NCBI RefSeq assembly: GCF_006345805.1
Contig: NC_043008.1
Coordinates: 14,136,001 to 14,200,000 of the forward strand
Reading direction: 5' to 3'
Source of the DNA: Octopus sinensis
Taxonomy: Eukaryota
DNA: 64,000 bases
Shown here: one piece after another, positions 53,170 through 64,000 of the stretch
Position numbering within the stretch: the stretch's first letter is position 1
Layout of the letters: each line of letters starts with the position of its first letter
Translations under genes and position numbers: made by a program
The notes under the pieces: generated by a model
Seen by the model: only the letters and a program-made list of their open reading frames with translations
What the model was told of the DNA's origin: nothing
Database searches by the model: none

Positions 53170-54480
53170 GAAGTTGCCAGAAAGATGGCAAAAGGTCATC
53201 GAACACAATGAAAAATATATAATTGATTAAAGTTCATTTTTGTATGAAAATAATGACTTTTATTTCACACTAAAATCAGCCACGTGGTAGACATGAGACC
53301 AAGGTGGATAAGGATGGGCTAGAAACTGTAGTGGGCGCGGATACATCTCAAACTACGCGTGAGGCAGCAGCAAGGTTTGATGTCTCAATTCCAACTGCAT
53401 TGAATCATCTGAAACAGATCGGCAAGGTAAAGAAACTGGACAAGTGGATACCACACGAACTGAACGTGCATCAAATTATACATCGTCTTGAAACTTGCTG
53501 TTCTTTGCTGTCACAGCATAAAAGCGAACAATTTTAGCATCGTATTCTTGCGTGTGATGAAAACTGGATATTCTTCAACAATAGCAAGCGTTCAGCACGG
53601 TGAGTGGACAGAAAGAACTGCCAAACACAATCCCAAAAAGAATATTCTCCAAAACCAATTGAAAGGGCAAGCGCTGGTGCCATCCACTACAGCTTCATAA
53701 GAGCTGGTAAGTCAATTACAGCGGATATATATATATATACATATCAGCCGTTTGGATGAAATGATGAATGAACTTGCAAATAAACAACAGATATTGGTCA
53801 ATTTTCATGAAAGAAAATACTCGGCCACAGGAACTGAACTTGGAAGTACTCTGTCACCAGACCTTGCATCAACTGACTATCACGTTTCCCAAGTATTACT
53901 CTTTTACTCTTACTTGTTTCAGTCATGTGACTGTTGCCATGCAGGAGCACCGCCTTTAGTCGGGAAAATCGACCCCAGGACTTATTCTTTGTAAGCCTAG
54001 TACTTATTCTATCGGTCTCTTTTGCCGAACCGCTAAGTTACAGGGACTAAACACACCAGCATTGATTGTCAAGCGATGTTGGGGGGACAAACACAGACAC
54101 ACAAACACACACAGACACACATATACGACGGGCTTCATTCAGTTTCCGTCTACCAAATCCACTCACAAGGTTTGGTCGGCCCAAGGCTATAGTAGAAGAC
54201 ACTTGCCCAAAGTCGCATGCAGTGGGACTGAACCCAGAACCATGTGGTTGGTAAGCAAGCTACTTAACACACAGCCACTCCCGCATCTAGACAATAGTTT
54301 GCAAAGAAAAAAACTTCAAATCTGAAGAAGATGCAAAAACAGCATTTCCTGATTTCATCACCCCTCTTTTACCAGAATTCTTCGCTGCCGGCATGAATAG
54401 GCTTCCGATAAAATGGCAAAATTTTATTGATAATTTTGCTGCATGCTTTAACTGCATTGCTTTCAGTTCAAAATCGGACA
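53170..54480 (+). pseudogene. Decayed mariner transposase(s) split by a SINE
   Basis: QTTREAAARFDVS...LKQIGKVKKLDKWIPHEL, SPDLASTDYH, then after the SINE FKSEEDAKTAF...LPIKWQ. Another mariner 3' end (RWQKVIEHN) lies at about 53180. Confidence 0.85.
53893..54285 (-). mobile_element. SINE family A inserted in mariner
   Basis: Full length copy. Confidence 0.9.
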
Positions 54481-54758
54481 TTTCATTCTTAAGGATCTGA
54501 TGTATTTGTGTCGTTTATGATTTGCATATTTATTAATTGTTGGTAGGGACACCACATTTCGTTTATCAGCTATAATATACCACCTACTTAGTAGCTATTT
54601 TAGTAATGTATTCGAAGATATTCAATTGGTTGGCTGTGAGACTGAAAGAGGGCAATAAATCTTGAAATACGCACATACATCCATTACCTAGTTTTCTATC
54701 TTCGATTGCATTACATAGACATATTCATATTTCCATAGTAATTTTTATATACGAATCG

Positions 54759-55187
54759 GGATCTTTTCGGTTTGAACGGCAGTTTTTAACATAATTTCTA
54801 GGTAATTAAAAAATTTTAAACTTCGTATACTGGTAGAATGTGTTTATAAAACATCTTTTTCTCTTGGTTTTATTGAGAAAATTCTATAGTTTGTAAGATA
54901 TTTATTGTTTTTTTTTTCTTAAATTTCTGCAATTTCAACCAATCAAATACGTCTATTGAGGAAAAAAACATTCTGTGCCGTACGAATATGTCCCCCGTTT
55001 AAGAAACAGATTGGGTTTATTTATATTTGTGAAGAAAAAAAGATATCCTTCCCCCCACCCCTAACCCTAACTAACCCTAACCCTAAAACAGATTGAAATG
55101 CAATAGATCGATACTAGGGTCATAATTATGGGTGAAAATTTCATATGACACCGCTAGAAAAAACTGCTGTTCAAACCGAAAAGATCC
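54759..55187. mobile_element. Non-autonomous TIR element with 8-bp TSD and internal (CCCTAA)n; Merlin- or hAT-like
   Basis: TIRs ggatcttttcggtttgaacggcagtttt / aaaactgctgttcaaaccgaaaagatcc; flanks ACGAATCG / ACGAAACG; ccctaa repeats at 55059-55086. Confidence 0.8.
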
Positions 55188-55825
55188 ACGAAACGTTATA
55201 ACTTTTAGTATTGGCTCTGAATTCCACAGAAAATCTGTAGAGATATACTTAAAAATAAATACATATATATATACATCCACGCATACATATAAATGTGTAT
55301 GTGTATGTGTGCGTACGTGAGTTTGTTGTAATTGTGTGATTTATGCACGTATTACTGTTTGTGTTACTATTTCTATTTATCTACAACAGAAACAATAGTC
55401 GCCCGCAGCGTGTGAAGACAGAACTATGAAAAGCGTATACAAATTAAAACAAAGAATACTAAATCGTTCTGTAACTGTTAAGACGTTTTTAGACATTTGT
55501 AGTCTGTGCATATGGCTACAAGGAATGTCAGGCATTGCTATCTCATCACAATAATAAACATAGCTGGGATGTTAGCAGCTGCCTTGAACATTTTAATCTC
55601 ACTTCAAAGTTTTCCTATTTTGATAAAGTCTATAAAACAACGTAAGCGGCGTTTTCTCATCAGATAAATGTTTAGGTAATTTCTCCCGTAGAAGTTTCCT
55701 ATTGTTGACCTAATTCTTCGAATAGCGTTTCTATATTTCTAAACTATTTCAGTTATAGCAAACGATTCTGATATCTTTATCAAAATTATATAAATGTAAG
55801 ATTCTACATATGCGTTTATATACGT

Positions 55826-55867
<42 letters not shown>

Positions 55868-55876
55868 TATATATAT

Positions 55877-55909
<33 letters not shown>

Positions 55910-55925
55910 TGTGTGTGTGTGTGTG

Positions 55926-56100
55926 TCATTTGACTGCGGCCATGCTGGAGCACCGCCTTTAGTCGACCAAATCGACCCCAGGACTTATTCTTTGTAAGCC
56001 TAGTATTTATTCTATCGGTCTCTTTTGCCGAACCGCTAAGTTACGGGGCGTAAACACACCAGTACGGTTGTCAAGCGATGTTGGGGAACAAACACAGACA
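55926..56100 (-). mobile_element. SINE family A 3' part
   Basis: Tail motif; truncated at the start of the tandem unit. Confidence 0.85.
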
Positions 56101-56108
56101 CCGAGCTT

Positions 56109-58161
56109 CCAATGCGCCAGAGAGAAAAAAAAAAAATTGTTTCTTGTTATCAGTCGTAAGACACTTGTTGTTTTCACCTGTTAATGCTTCTGTATTTCAT
56201 GTTTCTGTATTCCATTATTGTTTTTTGTTTTTTTATATCTGTCCCTTTTGCTGTCCTGGTTTCGTATGCATTCGATCCTTCTTCCAGGAAATCTACGCTT
56301 CTTCCAGCTTAGTTTTTCTTGGAGGGCTGGCCGTGATCTAGTAATCTCAAGATTAATCACCGAAATTACTACGATGATCCGGTTCTTGACTGAAGACTGA
56401 GGGGTTCGAATGTCCTGTCCATGTTTATTGTATCGTCTCTATCTGTTATACGTTCTTGTCCATGTTGTATTTTTCTACATACCTTAACATATATTCCAGG
56501 CGCCCCGTACCCCCCCCCCTTTATCATTAATGTTAACACATATTCTTAATAATTGGTACGACTCTCTGTTTGTCTCTCTCTCTCTCTCCATTTACTTTCT
56601 CTCTTTCTCTCTATTCATCTTCTCTCTACTCACTTTCTCTATTCATCTTCTCTTTCCTCTGATCCTTTGTCTAGTCTTCCACTACCCTCCTATTTCTTTG
56701 TCTCGCTCTGCACTCACAGGTCATTCTCGACACCCATCCCTTCTCCTCTCTGATTCCTTCTTTCTCTCTCTCTTCTCTCTCTTTGTTGCGTTTTGTCCCC
56801 CTTTTCTCTCTCTCTCTTTCTTTTCTTTCTTTTCCCTCTTCTCTGTCACGTGACTGTTGGCCGAAATCTGCCTTTCAGCTCCTGACCCTCGTCGTGTTAA
56901 CATCGTTGTTCTTCTTCGTCCGCCGCTATAAAGGCTTTTTCCAATGCGCCAGAGAGAAAAAAAAAAAAAATTGTTTGCTTGTTATCAGTCGTAAGACACT
57001 TGTTGTTTTCACCGTTAATGCTCTGTATTCATGTTTCTGTCCTGTATTCCATTATTGTTTTTTGTTTTTTTATATCTGTCCCTTTTGCTGTCCTGGTGTT
57101 CGTATGCATTCGATCCTTCTTCCAGGAAATCTACGCTTCCAGCTTAGTTTTTCTTGGAGGGCTGGCCGTGATCTAGTAATCTCAAGATTAATCAGCCGAA
57201 ATTACTACGATGATCCGGTTCTTGACTGAAGACTGAGGGGTTCGAATGTCCTGTCCATGTTTATTGTATCGTCTTCTATCTGTTATACGTTCTTGTCCAT
57301 GTTGTATTTTTCTACATACCTTAACATATATTCCAGGCGCCCCGTACCCCCTTTATCATTAATGTGAACACATATTCTTAATAATTGGTACGACTCTCTG
57401 TTTGTCTCTCTCTCTCTCTCATTTACTTTCTCTCTTTCTCTCTATTCATCTTTCTCTCTACTCACTTTCTCTATTCATCTTCTCTTTCCTCTGATCCTTT
57501 GGTCTAGTCTTCCACTACCCTCCTATTTCTCTTTGTCTCGCTCTGCACTCACAGGTCATCGACATCCCCTCTCCTCTCCTACTGCTCTATTCTTCGATCC
57601 CTTCTCCTCTCTGATTCCTCTCTCTCTTTCTCTCTCTTTGTTGCGTTTTTGCCCCCTTTTCTCTCTCTCTCTTTCTTTTCTTTTTTTCCCTCTTCTCTGT
57701 CACGTGACTGTTGGCCGAAATCTGCCTTTCAGCTCCTGACCCTCGTCGTGTTAACATCGTTGTTCTTCTTCCGCCGCTATAAAGGCTTTTTCCAATGCGC
57801 CAGAGAGAAAAAAAAATTGTTTGCTTGTTATCAGTCGTAAGACACTTGTTGTTTTCACCGTTATGTTCTATTTCATTCATGTTTCTGTATCCATTATTGT
57901 TTTTTGTTTTTTTATATCTGTCCCTTTTGCTGTCCTGGTGTTCGTATGCATTCGATCCTTCTTCCAGGAAATCTACGCTTCCAGCTTATTTTTCTTGGAG
58001 GGCTGGCCGTGATCTAGTAATCTCAAGATTAATCAGCCGAAATTACTACGATGATCCGGTTCTTGACTGAAGACTGAGGGGTTCGAATGTCCTGTCCATG
58101 TTTATGTATCGTCTTCTATCTGTTTATACGTTCTTGTCCATGTTGTATTTTTCTACATACC

Positions 58162-58164
<3 letters not shown>
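56109..58164 (+). repeat. 2.5 tandem copies of an about 840-bp non-coding unit (A-B-A-B-A), Penelope-like architecture
   Basis: Unit starts at 56109, 56941 and 57792 and ends in (TA)n at 58164; each A block has a hammerhead-like relic. Confidence 0.85.
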
Positions 58165-58202
<38 letters not shown>

Positions 58203-58203
<1 letters not shown>

Positions 58204-58355
58204 ACGGGCTTCTTTCAATTTCCGTCTACTTAAAAGGCTTCGGTCGGGCCGAGGCTATAGTAGAAGACACTTGCCCAAGATGCCACACAGTGGCATTGAA
58301 CCCGGAACCATGTGGTTGGTAAGCAAGCTACGTACCACACAGCCACTCCTACGCC
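58203..58355 (-). mobile_element. SINE family A 5' part
   Basis: Head and body motifs. Confidence 0.8.
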
Positions 58356-59721
58356 TATATGTACATGTTTTGATATGTATTTATGTGTTGTGTGGGTGTG
58401 TTTGTGTTTTTTTTTTTTGTTTGTAGACCACATCTCGTATTATGGCTCATGGGAGTAATATTTATTTTATCTATATGTTCTATTCTACTTGTTTTAGTCA
58501 TTACACAATGGCCACGCTGGGGCACCACCTTCAAGTGTTCAGTCTGACAAATCGACCCCAGAATTTTCTTCTATGTCCGGTTCTTATTCTAAATTGCTCG
58601 AGAATTTAGGGGAAATCCTTAGTGGTATTTCGTCTGCCGCCACGTTTTCATTTCAGATTCCACCGAGGTGGACTTTGCCTTTCATCATTACGAATTCTGT
58701 ACAATAATTACCAGTTGACCACTGGGGTCGATGTAATCGACCATTACCCTCTCTAAAATTCCAGGCCTTGTGCCTAACGTAGGAAAGATTATTTAAAGCT
58801 TTATCAACTTCGAGTCGCACCGTTAAAACACTTTCTAAAATATTTCCTTATCTTTTGGATTTCTTGTTTGATTTACTACTTTGATTCCTTGAGGTCATCT
58901 CAGGCGTCTTCAGTTCCTTGACAATGTTTTCTATCAACTTACTAGCGTATTTGTAAACGGCTGACATATATATTTATCTACAAATATACTAGTAGTATAC
59001 TAGATGCAGTGCACGTTCTGATAAATTAATATTTCTGAACCGAAATCACAATAACAAGAAATACACGAATGAGAAACATATAACATGTTTTCTTATTGAA
59101 ATAAACATTGTTACCAAAACGTTACTTCTTCAGTGAATGATCTTCATCTAAATCAGTTATCAAACATCATATTATCTTATGATTCTTTTGTTTGTATTGG
59201 CGGAGGAAATCGTGTCGAGTCAAATCTTGGCTGTCGCACCTATTCACGTAGACAACATATTCGGTAAATATATTTTGAGGAAATTTTCTGTTGCTGCATA
59301 TTTTTCTCATTGGATATTACATAATGCTTTCGCTACAACGTTTATATATCAATTTTATAGATTTTACCTACTTATATATCAATTACAAGCATTAAAATTA
59401 AAGAATAACATTCTGACTAATAGTTTTGTGAGAGATAGCTGTCTATTATGGATTTAGAACAATCTAGACAAAAGTATTGGTGCCAAAATCTAACTTGGAC
59501 AAACAACCTCATTTCTAAAATAAACATGTCTCAAGTATTAACTGTGATATATTGTCAACATAACTAGCAGAAAGCTGGAATCATTTTGTACATTATTCAT
59601 GTTAACAAGGATGTGTATATATGTGAGCACGTACGTATATATATTTTTGTATGCATATATTATGTGTGTGTGTGTACATATAAATGTAAATATATGTATG
59701 TAAGTAATTTCTATTTACATT

Positions 59722-59757
<36 letters not shown>

Positions 59758-60043
59758 CATTAAAGTCTAAGTTTGTACTAGTTGAAGCAGTAAGATTTCT
59801 ACAAGATATAGAGAAAGACTTTCTGCGTAGAAGAACAAAGTTGGTTGATTCTAGTATTGAGATCTTCGAATTCACTAAAATAACTAAGAATAAGCAACGT
59901 GTTAAAAGCAAGGAGTACCTGATTGTTTGAAGTATAGGGATTTATTTTTTTTATTTTCGGGGTGAAAGAAACGCAAACTTGGAATCTACTCAATTTATTG
60001 ACAGATAAAATATTGATTTGCCCAGTCAGCTTCTAATTTAATA

Positions 60044-60318
60044 ACACCACCTGATAGGATCTATTAAGTCATTTTTAAGTGAAGTTTTGTGATAACACGA
60101 CCCATTTAAGTAGGGAGTTATTGTTGACTGAAATGTATTCAGATATAGGTGGCTTATCCGTTATTCCCTAAAGCATTTGTCCAGTTTCGTATAAGGGCCA
60201 TTAGATCTTTTCTTCTTCGATTCGTTTTGGAATAGGCTTAAAAAGAGCAGGACCTGGTAAGGAAAAGAAATTGTATTGCAGTGAACTCATGTGTTGTAAT
60301 CCAGAACTGTGCAGGATG
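60044..60318 (-). mobile_element. Old diverged 3' fragment of the LINE family at 21.9-23.0 kb
   Basis: Shares caccacctgataggat, ggtggcttatc and aggaaaagaaatt.t.ttgcagtg with 21980-22210. Confidence 0.75.
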
Positions 60319-60349
60319 CATGTGGCACATGTACATAATGCTTGTGTGT

Positions 60350-60383
<34 letters not shown>

Positions 60384-60680
60384 GATATTTTTACTAGAAG
60401 ACAGTAACTTAGAATGTTTGGCTTGCTAGGCTTTAATCTGTCCAACGAAGGCTATCTATCTGGGACACTAAAGTCACTGTTTCTCCGCTTCTTCTAAATG
60501 TTTGATAAACATGTACCCTAATAAATGTGTTTTATTGTGTTTGTGGAGAGGGTAAGCATTTGTGTAAATCCAGTTTATATTCAATATATTTCAAGATCTG
60601 TTAAGCTCCACAGAATTTTCCCTTCCTCCGTTCATGTGGATATGTTTATAGTGTTTCTCTTTCCCCTTTTATATATATAT

Positions 60681-60714
<34 letters not shown>

Positions 60715-60715
60715 G

Positions 60716-60900
60716 TTAATCCAAACATGAAAACACAAAAGAGAAAACACAGCAATGCGAGGACGTGGAACAAGTATTGGACGCTCAGTAGAGAGGGAAA
60801 GGAGGGCCTAACGTTTCGATCGGAGCTCTTCGTCTGAAACATAGAAAAAGGAAAGGTCCAAGGAAGGGAAGACGGAGGAAAAAATCGCCAACGGTACTGT
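60716..60900 (-). mobile_element. Solo Penelope-type terminal repeat with mutated hammerhead
   Basis: gttt-CAGACGA-agagctccgatc-GAAACGTT-aggc at 60806-60840, between (TA)n tracts. Confidence 0.6.
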
Positions 60901-60904
60901 ATAT

Positions 60905-60986
<82 letters not shown>

Positions 60987-61194
60987 GTGAAATAGAAAGA
61001 TGAATAATCTTGTAGTAGATTAATCAAAAGTTTAACCGATACCTTAGTAGCAAAAATCACAGCAGTAAACAGCACGGTTGGAGGTACAACCATCTGGCGT
61101 TGCAACCGTGCGTTGGTGCGTATAATTGAAATTAAAACATTATTGGTGAATTGAAGAAATGGAGCTGAACGCAGATTGAACAGAAATCGTTTTA

Positions 61195-61283
61195 TTTCAT
61201 TCTACACGTGTTTCGAAAGGCACAAATTACCAAAATCCGATTGAATAATGGGACCATATTGTGTCTTTCTCTTCAGGAAGAAA
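61195..61283 (-). ncRNA. Type I hammerhead ribozyme of the Penelope-like element
   Basis: tttcttc-CUGAAGA-gaaagacacaa...ttgtgcctttc-GAAAC-ACGU-GUA-gaatgaaa. Intact core, G:C base pair of stem II, palindromic loop III; predicted cut between 61203 and 61202. Confidence 0.85.
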
Positions 61284-61889
61284 AAAGGAAATCCGTTGGA
61301 AAAACAAAAACAGAACAGAGGCGGAGCAAAAAACAATCGAACTGTGCTCCTAAGAGCCCATGGCGAAACTGTTTATCAGTGTATGTTGAGAACCGGTGGC
61401 TGAAGAATTCAACGGGTCAGGCATCGGTCAATCATGTGGGTGAGGGTGTATAGATGTTCTTTGTGACCGAGAATAAAGTTCTGACTATTTAAAGAATATT
61501 GGATGTTTTATAAGGGGCGAGAAAAAATCTACTTAGAGACGTGTGTGTGTGTATACTGTTCTATATATGTGTGTGTTGGCGTAGGGGTAGAAAACATTTT
61601 TTGTGTACGTGTGTGCGTTTGATCGTTCGGCTGTCAGTGGCTACTGCCGTGATAACCGTTGGGTGGCAGAAAGAAAAAAATAAAAAAATTATATATATAT
61701 ATATTATGTTTTATGTGTGTGTGTGTTCATCTAAGCCTGCCTTGTCAAGGAAACCCCCCGCTGTGAAAAAACCAAGCCCCGTTTGTCTTACAGGAGTAAT
61801 TCCCCTTGCAGTGGTTAATCGTAGATATCTTAAAGGCTATTTCAGAATTTGTTACCAAGGGCTATGGGTGCCGGTATTATTTATAAACG

Positions 61890-64000
61890 CTATTTAAAGG
61901 CCAGATAAGTGTAACGCCGCCAATGGGGGCATCGAAAAGCCGACTGTAAGAGCCCGTTTACCATCCGGCCTCTGGCAAACAAAATATGGAAGAGTTCGGA
62001 GACACAAAGGTTGCACTGTCTTCTGCCCCTATCAAATGGGAGGGCCACCGACAAAATTGACCATTCCAGCCTATAGCTTAAGTTCGCATCCTTCAGTCGC
62101 CATATTAGCTTACTGAGTCCCGTGGTCTGGCGCTTGTTCACGTCCCGAAAAGTTGCGTAATGGTTGGAGACACGCAAAGACAATCTTGAGGATGATGCCC
62201 CTACATAAGTGAAGGCATCTGAGTCCGTGTAAACCTTGCATTGGTAGACGGCGTTTTTGATCTTGGAGTTCGCCGACGTGAATCTTAATCTGCTTGGATT
62301 GGTTTCTGAAATTAGAACTGCGTTCCTGTCACTATATTCGTTCCGAGACCTGCAGCCGCTTACTACTCTATTTTCCACTACGTCACTATTAACTATAGGA
62401 ATAACCCCTGATTCTCCACTATCTATCAGAGTGCTGTCATTGCTACTGCCCGTGGTACTGCTATTGCGGGAAATGATGCTGGGGATGCTAATGGGGCTCT
62501 CTACCCTACTCCCATAGTTACCGTCAACCACAACACCCCTATTTATAACTATACCCCTAGTGGGTACTCCCTGGCTGGAGCTGAGATTATGTGTCACTGT
62601 ACTGGCTCTCATATCATTATTACTACTATAATTATTCCTACTGAGCATTAAACCGGGAGCGGAAGAGGCTGTGCCTCCGGAAAAAGGTGATAGGGTCTTA
62701 GTAAGTAGCCTATTATTATGGGAGGCGATTATCTGGGCGAGGTTTTTAGTGTTGGAGAAAGCTATCCTAACTTTATGTGAGTTAACCGTGGAGTAATATT
62801 TGGAATTTCTGGGGAAGTTATTGGCGATGGCTTGTCTAAACATGAGGGGGAGGTTAGTTCTAATCTGCTTACCAAAGGGGATTACAAACCATATATGCTT
62901 ATTCCTATCAGTGTGATGGGTCGGGACGCCAGCTCTCGCATTCGGGTGGGTGATTCTCGGATGAATAACGGGTCTTGGGTTAGTGTAAGACCTCCCGGAC
63001 CGATAATTATCCTTGTTCGCTAAATTAAATGCGGGAGCGACTACCCCGGCATCCGCCGCGCTCCCGTCCTTACTTAAAATGTTTATGTTATTATATACGA
63101 CCCTATCCTGATGACCGAATGATGGCATCGGAAGGGCCGGATCAATATAAATTACTTTCTGCCTATAACCGGCCTTGGATAGTGCGGCGTTATAAAATTC
63201 CGCTTTCTGCATAAAAATATCGGCACTGGCGGACAAGCCAGACAATCTTAGAGAGATGTTTTTAACCAAATTGTCTGTTACGGTTTTGGCATGATTTGAG
63301 AAGACACTGACATACTTCAAATTAGTGGAAGGCTTATGGTAAGGGCAGTATGAGTCGCTATTAAGGTTAAGTGTAACGTCTAGGAAATTAGCCTTGGTGA
63401 GTTCATTATCAAAAACTATACTCATGCCCATTCTATTAAAAAACCTAGCTAACCTGCTCTTAGTTTTCTGCACTATTCTGTTCGTGGTGTTTTGCAGGTA
63501 AAACAGACAATCGTCACGATACAGGCCGCCCGCGATCTCCGGGAATTGATCGGACAATTCGTAGAGAATATATATTCCGACCAAATCGGCTATCTGCGCA
63601 CTATCCGAACTACCCATAGGCACATCAAATTCATTGGGAGTATCTTTACGGATCCACAACTTATTATCAAACTTAATAAACGATTTCCTGGCAACTAAAA
63701 TGATATCTATCTCTTCTCTGGTGAGGCCAGCCTTGTTGTGAGCATGCCAGAGGGCCTTATTTAGCACACTAGGGTTAATCGAGGGGTAGAAGCTGGCGAT
63801 ATCAAACTGAATGAACCTAGTACGGTTCTTATTGGGGATGGAAGAGAACCACTTCACTACCTGCGAGGAGTTGGCCCAGAGGCTGAGCTTCAGCTTGTTT
63901 ACTAAACTAGGGATATATTTATCTAAAATGTACTTACTGATTATCCCGATATCAGATCTAGCAGGGCATATGAGTCTTAGCGCTGGGTTGGTGTGGAAGT
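61890..64000 (-). CDS. Penelope-like RT / GIY-YIG endonuclease polyprotein (5' partial)
   Basis: QFDIASFYPSI, PMGSSDSAQIADLVG, GLYRDD, FLDVTLNL, HIWFVIPF, VYQC...YVG...R, CNLC...E...CPH. The frame stays open upstream of 63857 (FHTNPALRLICPARSDIGIISKYILD...WANSSQVVKW). Confidence 0.92.
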   Translation of the reverse strand, partial: FHTNPALRLICPARSDIGIISKYILDKYIPSLVNKLKLSLWANSSQVVKWFSSIPNKNRTRFIQFDIASFYPSINPSVLNKALWHAHNKAGLTREEIDIILVARKSFIKFDNKLWIRKDTPNEFDVPMGSSDSAQIADLVGIYILYELSDQFPEIAGGLYRDDCLFYLQNTTNRIVQKTKSRLARFFNRMGMSIVFDNELTKANFLDVTLNLNSDSYCPYHKPSTNLKYVSVFSNHAKTVTDNLVKNISLRLSGLSASADIFMQKAEFYNAALSKAGYRQKVIYIDPALPMPSFGHQDRVVYNNINILSKDGSAADAGVVAPAFNLANKDNYRSGRSYTNPRPVIHPRITHPNARAGVPTHHTDRNKHIWFVIPFGKQIRTNLPLMFRQAIANNFPRNSKYYSTVNSHKVRIAFSNTKNLAQIIASHNNRLLTKTLSPFSGGTASSAPGLMLSRNNYSSNNDMRASTVTHNLSSSQGVPTRGIVINRGVVVDGNYGSRVESPISIPSIISRNSSTTGSSNDSTLIDSGESGVIPIVNSDVVENRVVSGCRSRNEYSDRNAVLISETNPSRLRFTSANSKIKNAVYQCKVYTDSDAFTYVGASSSRLSLRVSNHYATFRDVNKRQTTGLSKLIWRLKDANLSYRLEWSILSVALPFDRGRRQCNLCVSELFHILFARGRMVNGLLQSAFRCPHWRRYTYLAFK

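Larger units (their letters stand above)
60985..64000 (-). mobile_element. Penelope-like retroelement (Naiad/Chlamys-type), runs off the window
   Basis: RT plus GIY-YIG ORF, about 900-nt 3' region with HHR, ends in (TA)n. Confidence 0.9.

Noticed and set aside
55059-55086. Chromosome end or telomere
   Set aside because: Only about four imperfect CCCTAA units, enclosed within a TIR element.
62257-62517. Hydrophobic + strand ORFs antisense to the PLE linker
   Set aside because: Shadow frames of the low-complexity minus-strand ORF.
61890-64000. Selenocysteine recoding as reported for some Naiad elements, or telomerase identity
   Set aside because: No in-frame TGA in the visible ORF; the C-terminal GIY-YIG domain marks it as a PLE, not TERT.

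Overview
AT-rich eukaryotic (metazoan) genomic DNA, most likely from an octopus or related cephalopod. This is inferred from the SINE families and the extreme (TA)n/(GATA)n/(AAT)n microsatellite load, not from a database match. There are no prokaryotic features, CRISPR arrays or rRNA genes. The window is dominated by mobile elements: (1) two 5'-truncated LINE RT copies with open frames (about 4.0-5.9 kb +, 21.9-23.0 kb -); (2) RTE and R4/Dong-like fragments; (3) three decayed Tc1/mariner transposases; (4) at least four tRNA-derived SINE families; (5) TIR elements; (6) a Penelope-like retroelement (Naiad-type RT plus C-terminal GIY-YIG) whose open frame runs off the right edge. The most interesting layer is RNA-level. 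Several hammerhead ribozyme (HHR) motifs can be folded by hand, including a canonical one in the Penelope 3' region (61195-61283, -). A two-copy composite element joins a Pol III tRNA head, an (AAT)n tract and a hammerhead-bearing tail, and may be a Penelope-mobilised ribozyme SINE. Also present are spacerless fold-backs, a tandem non-coding Penelope-like unit, SINE multimers sharing one junction, and a LINE/SINE shared 3' stem-loop with compensatory changes. Host-gene evidence is tentative: a CCAAT-rich promoter near 3.5-3.85 kb with a phase-consistent + strand exon chain, and a possible signal-peptide exon at 48.5-48.7 kb (-). All folds and alignments were done by eye.
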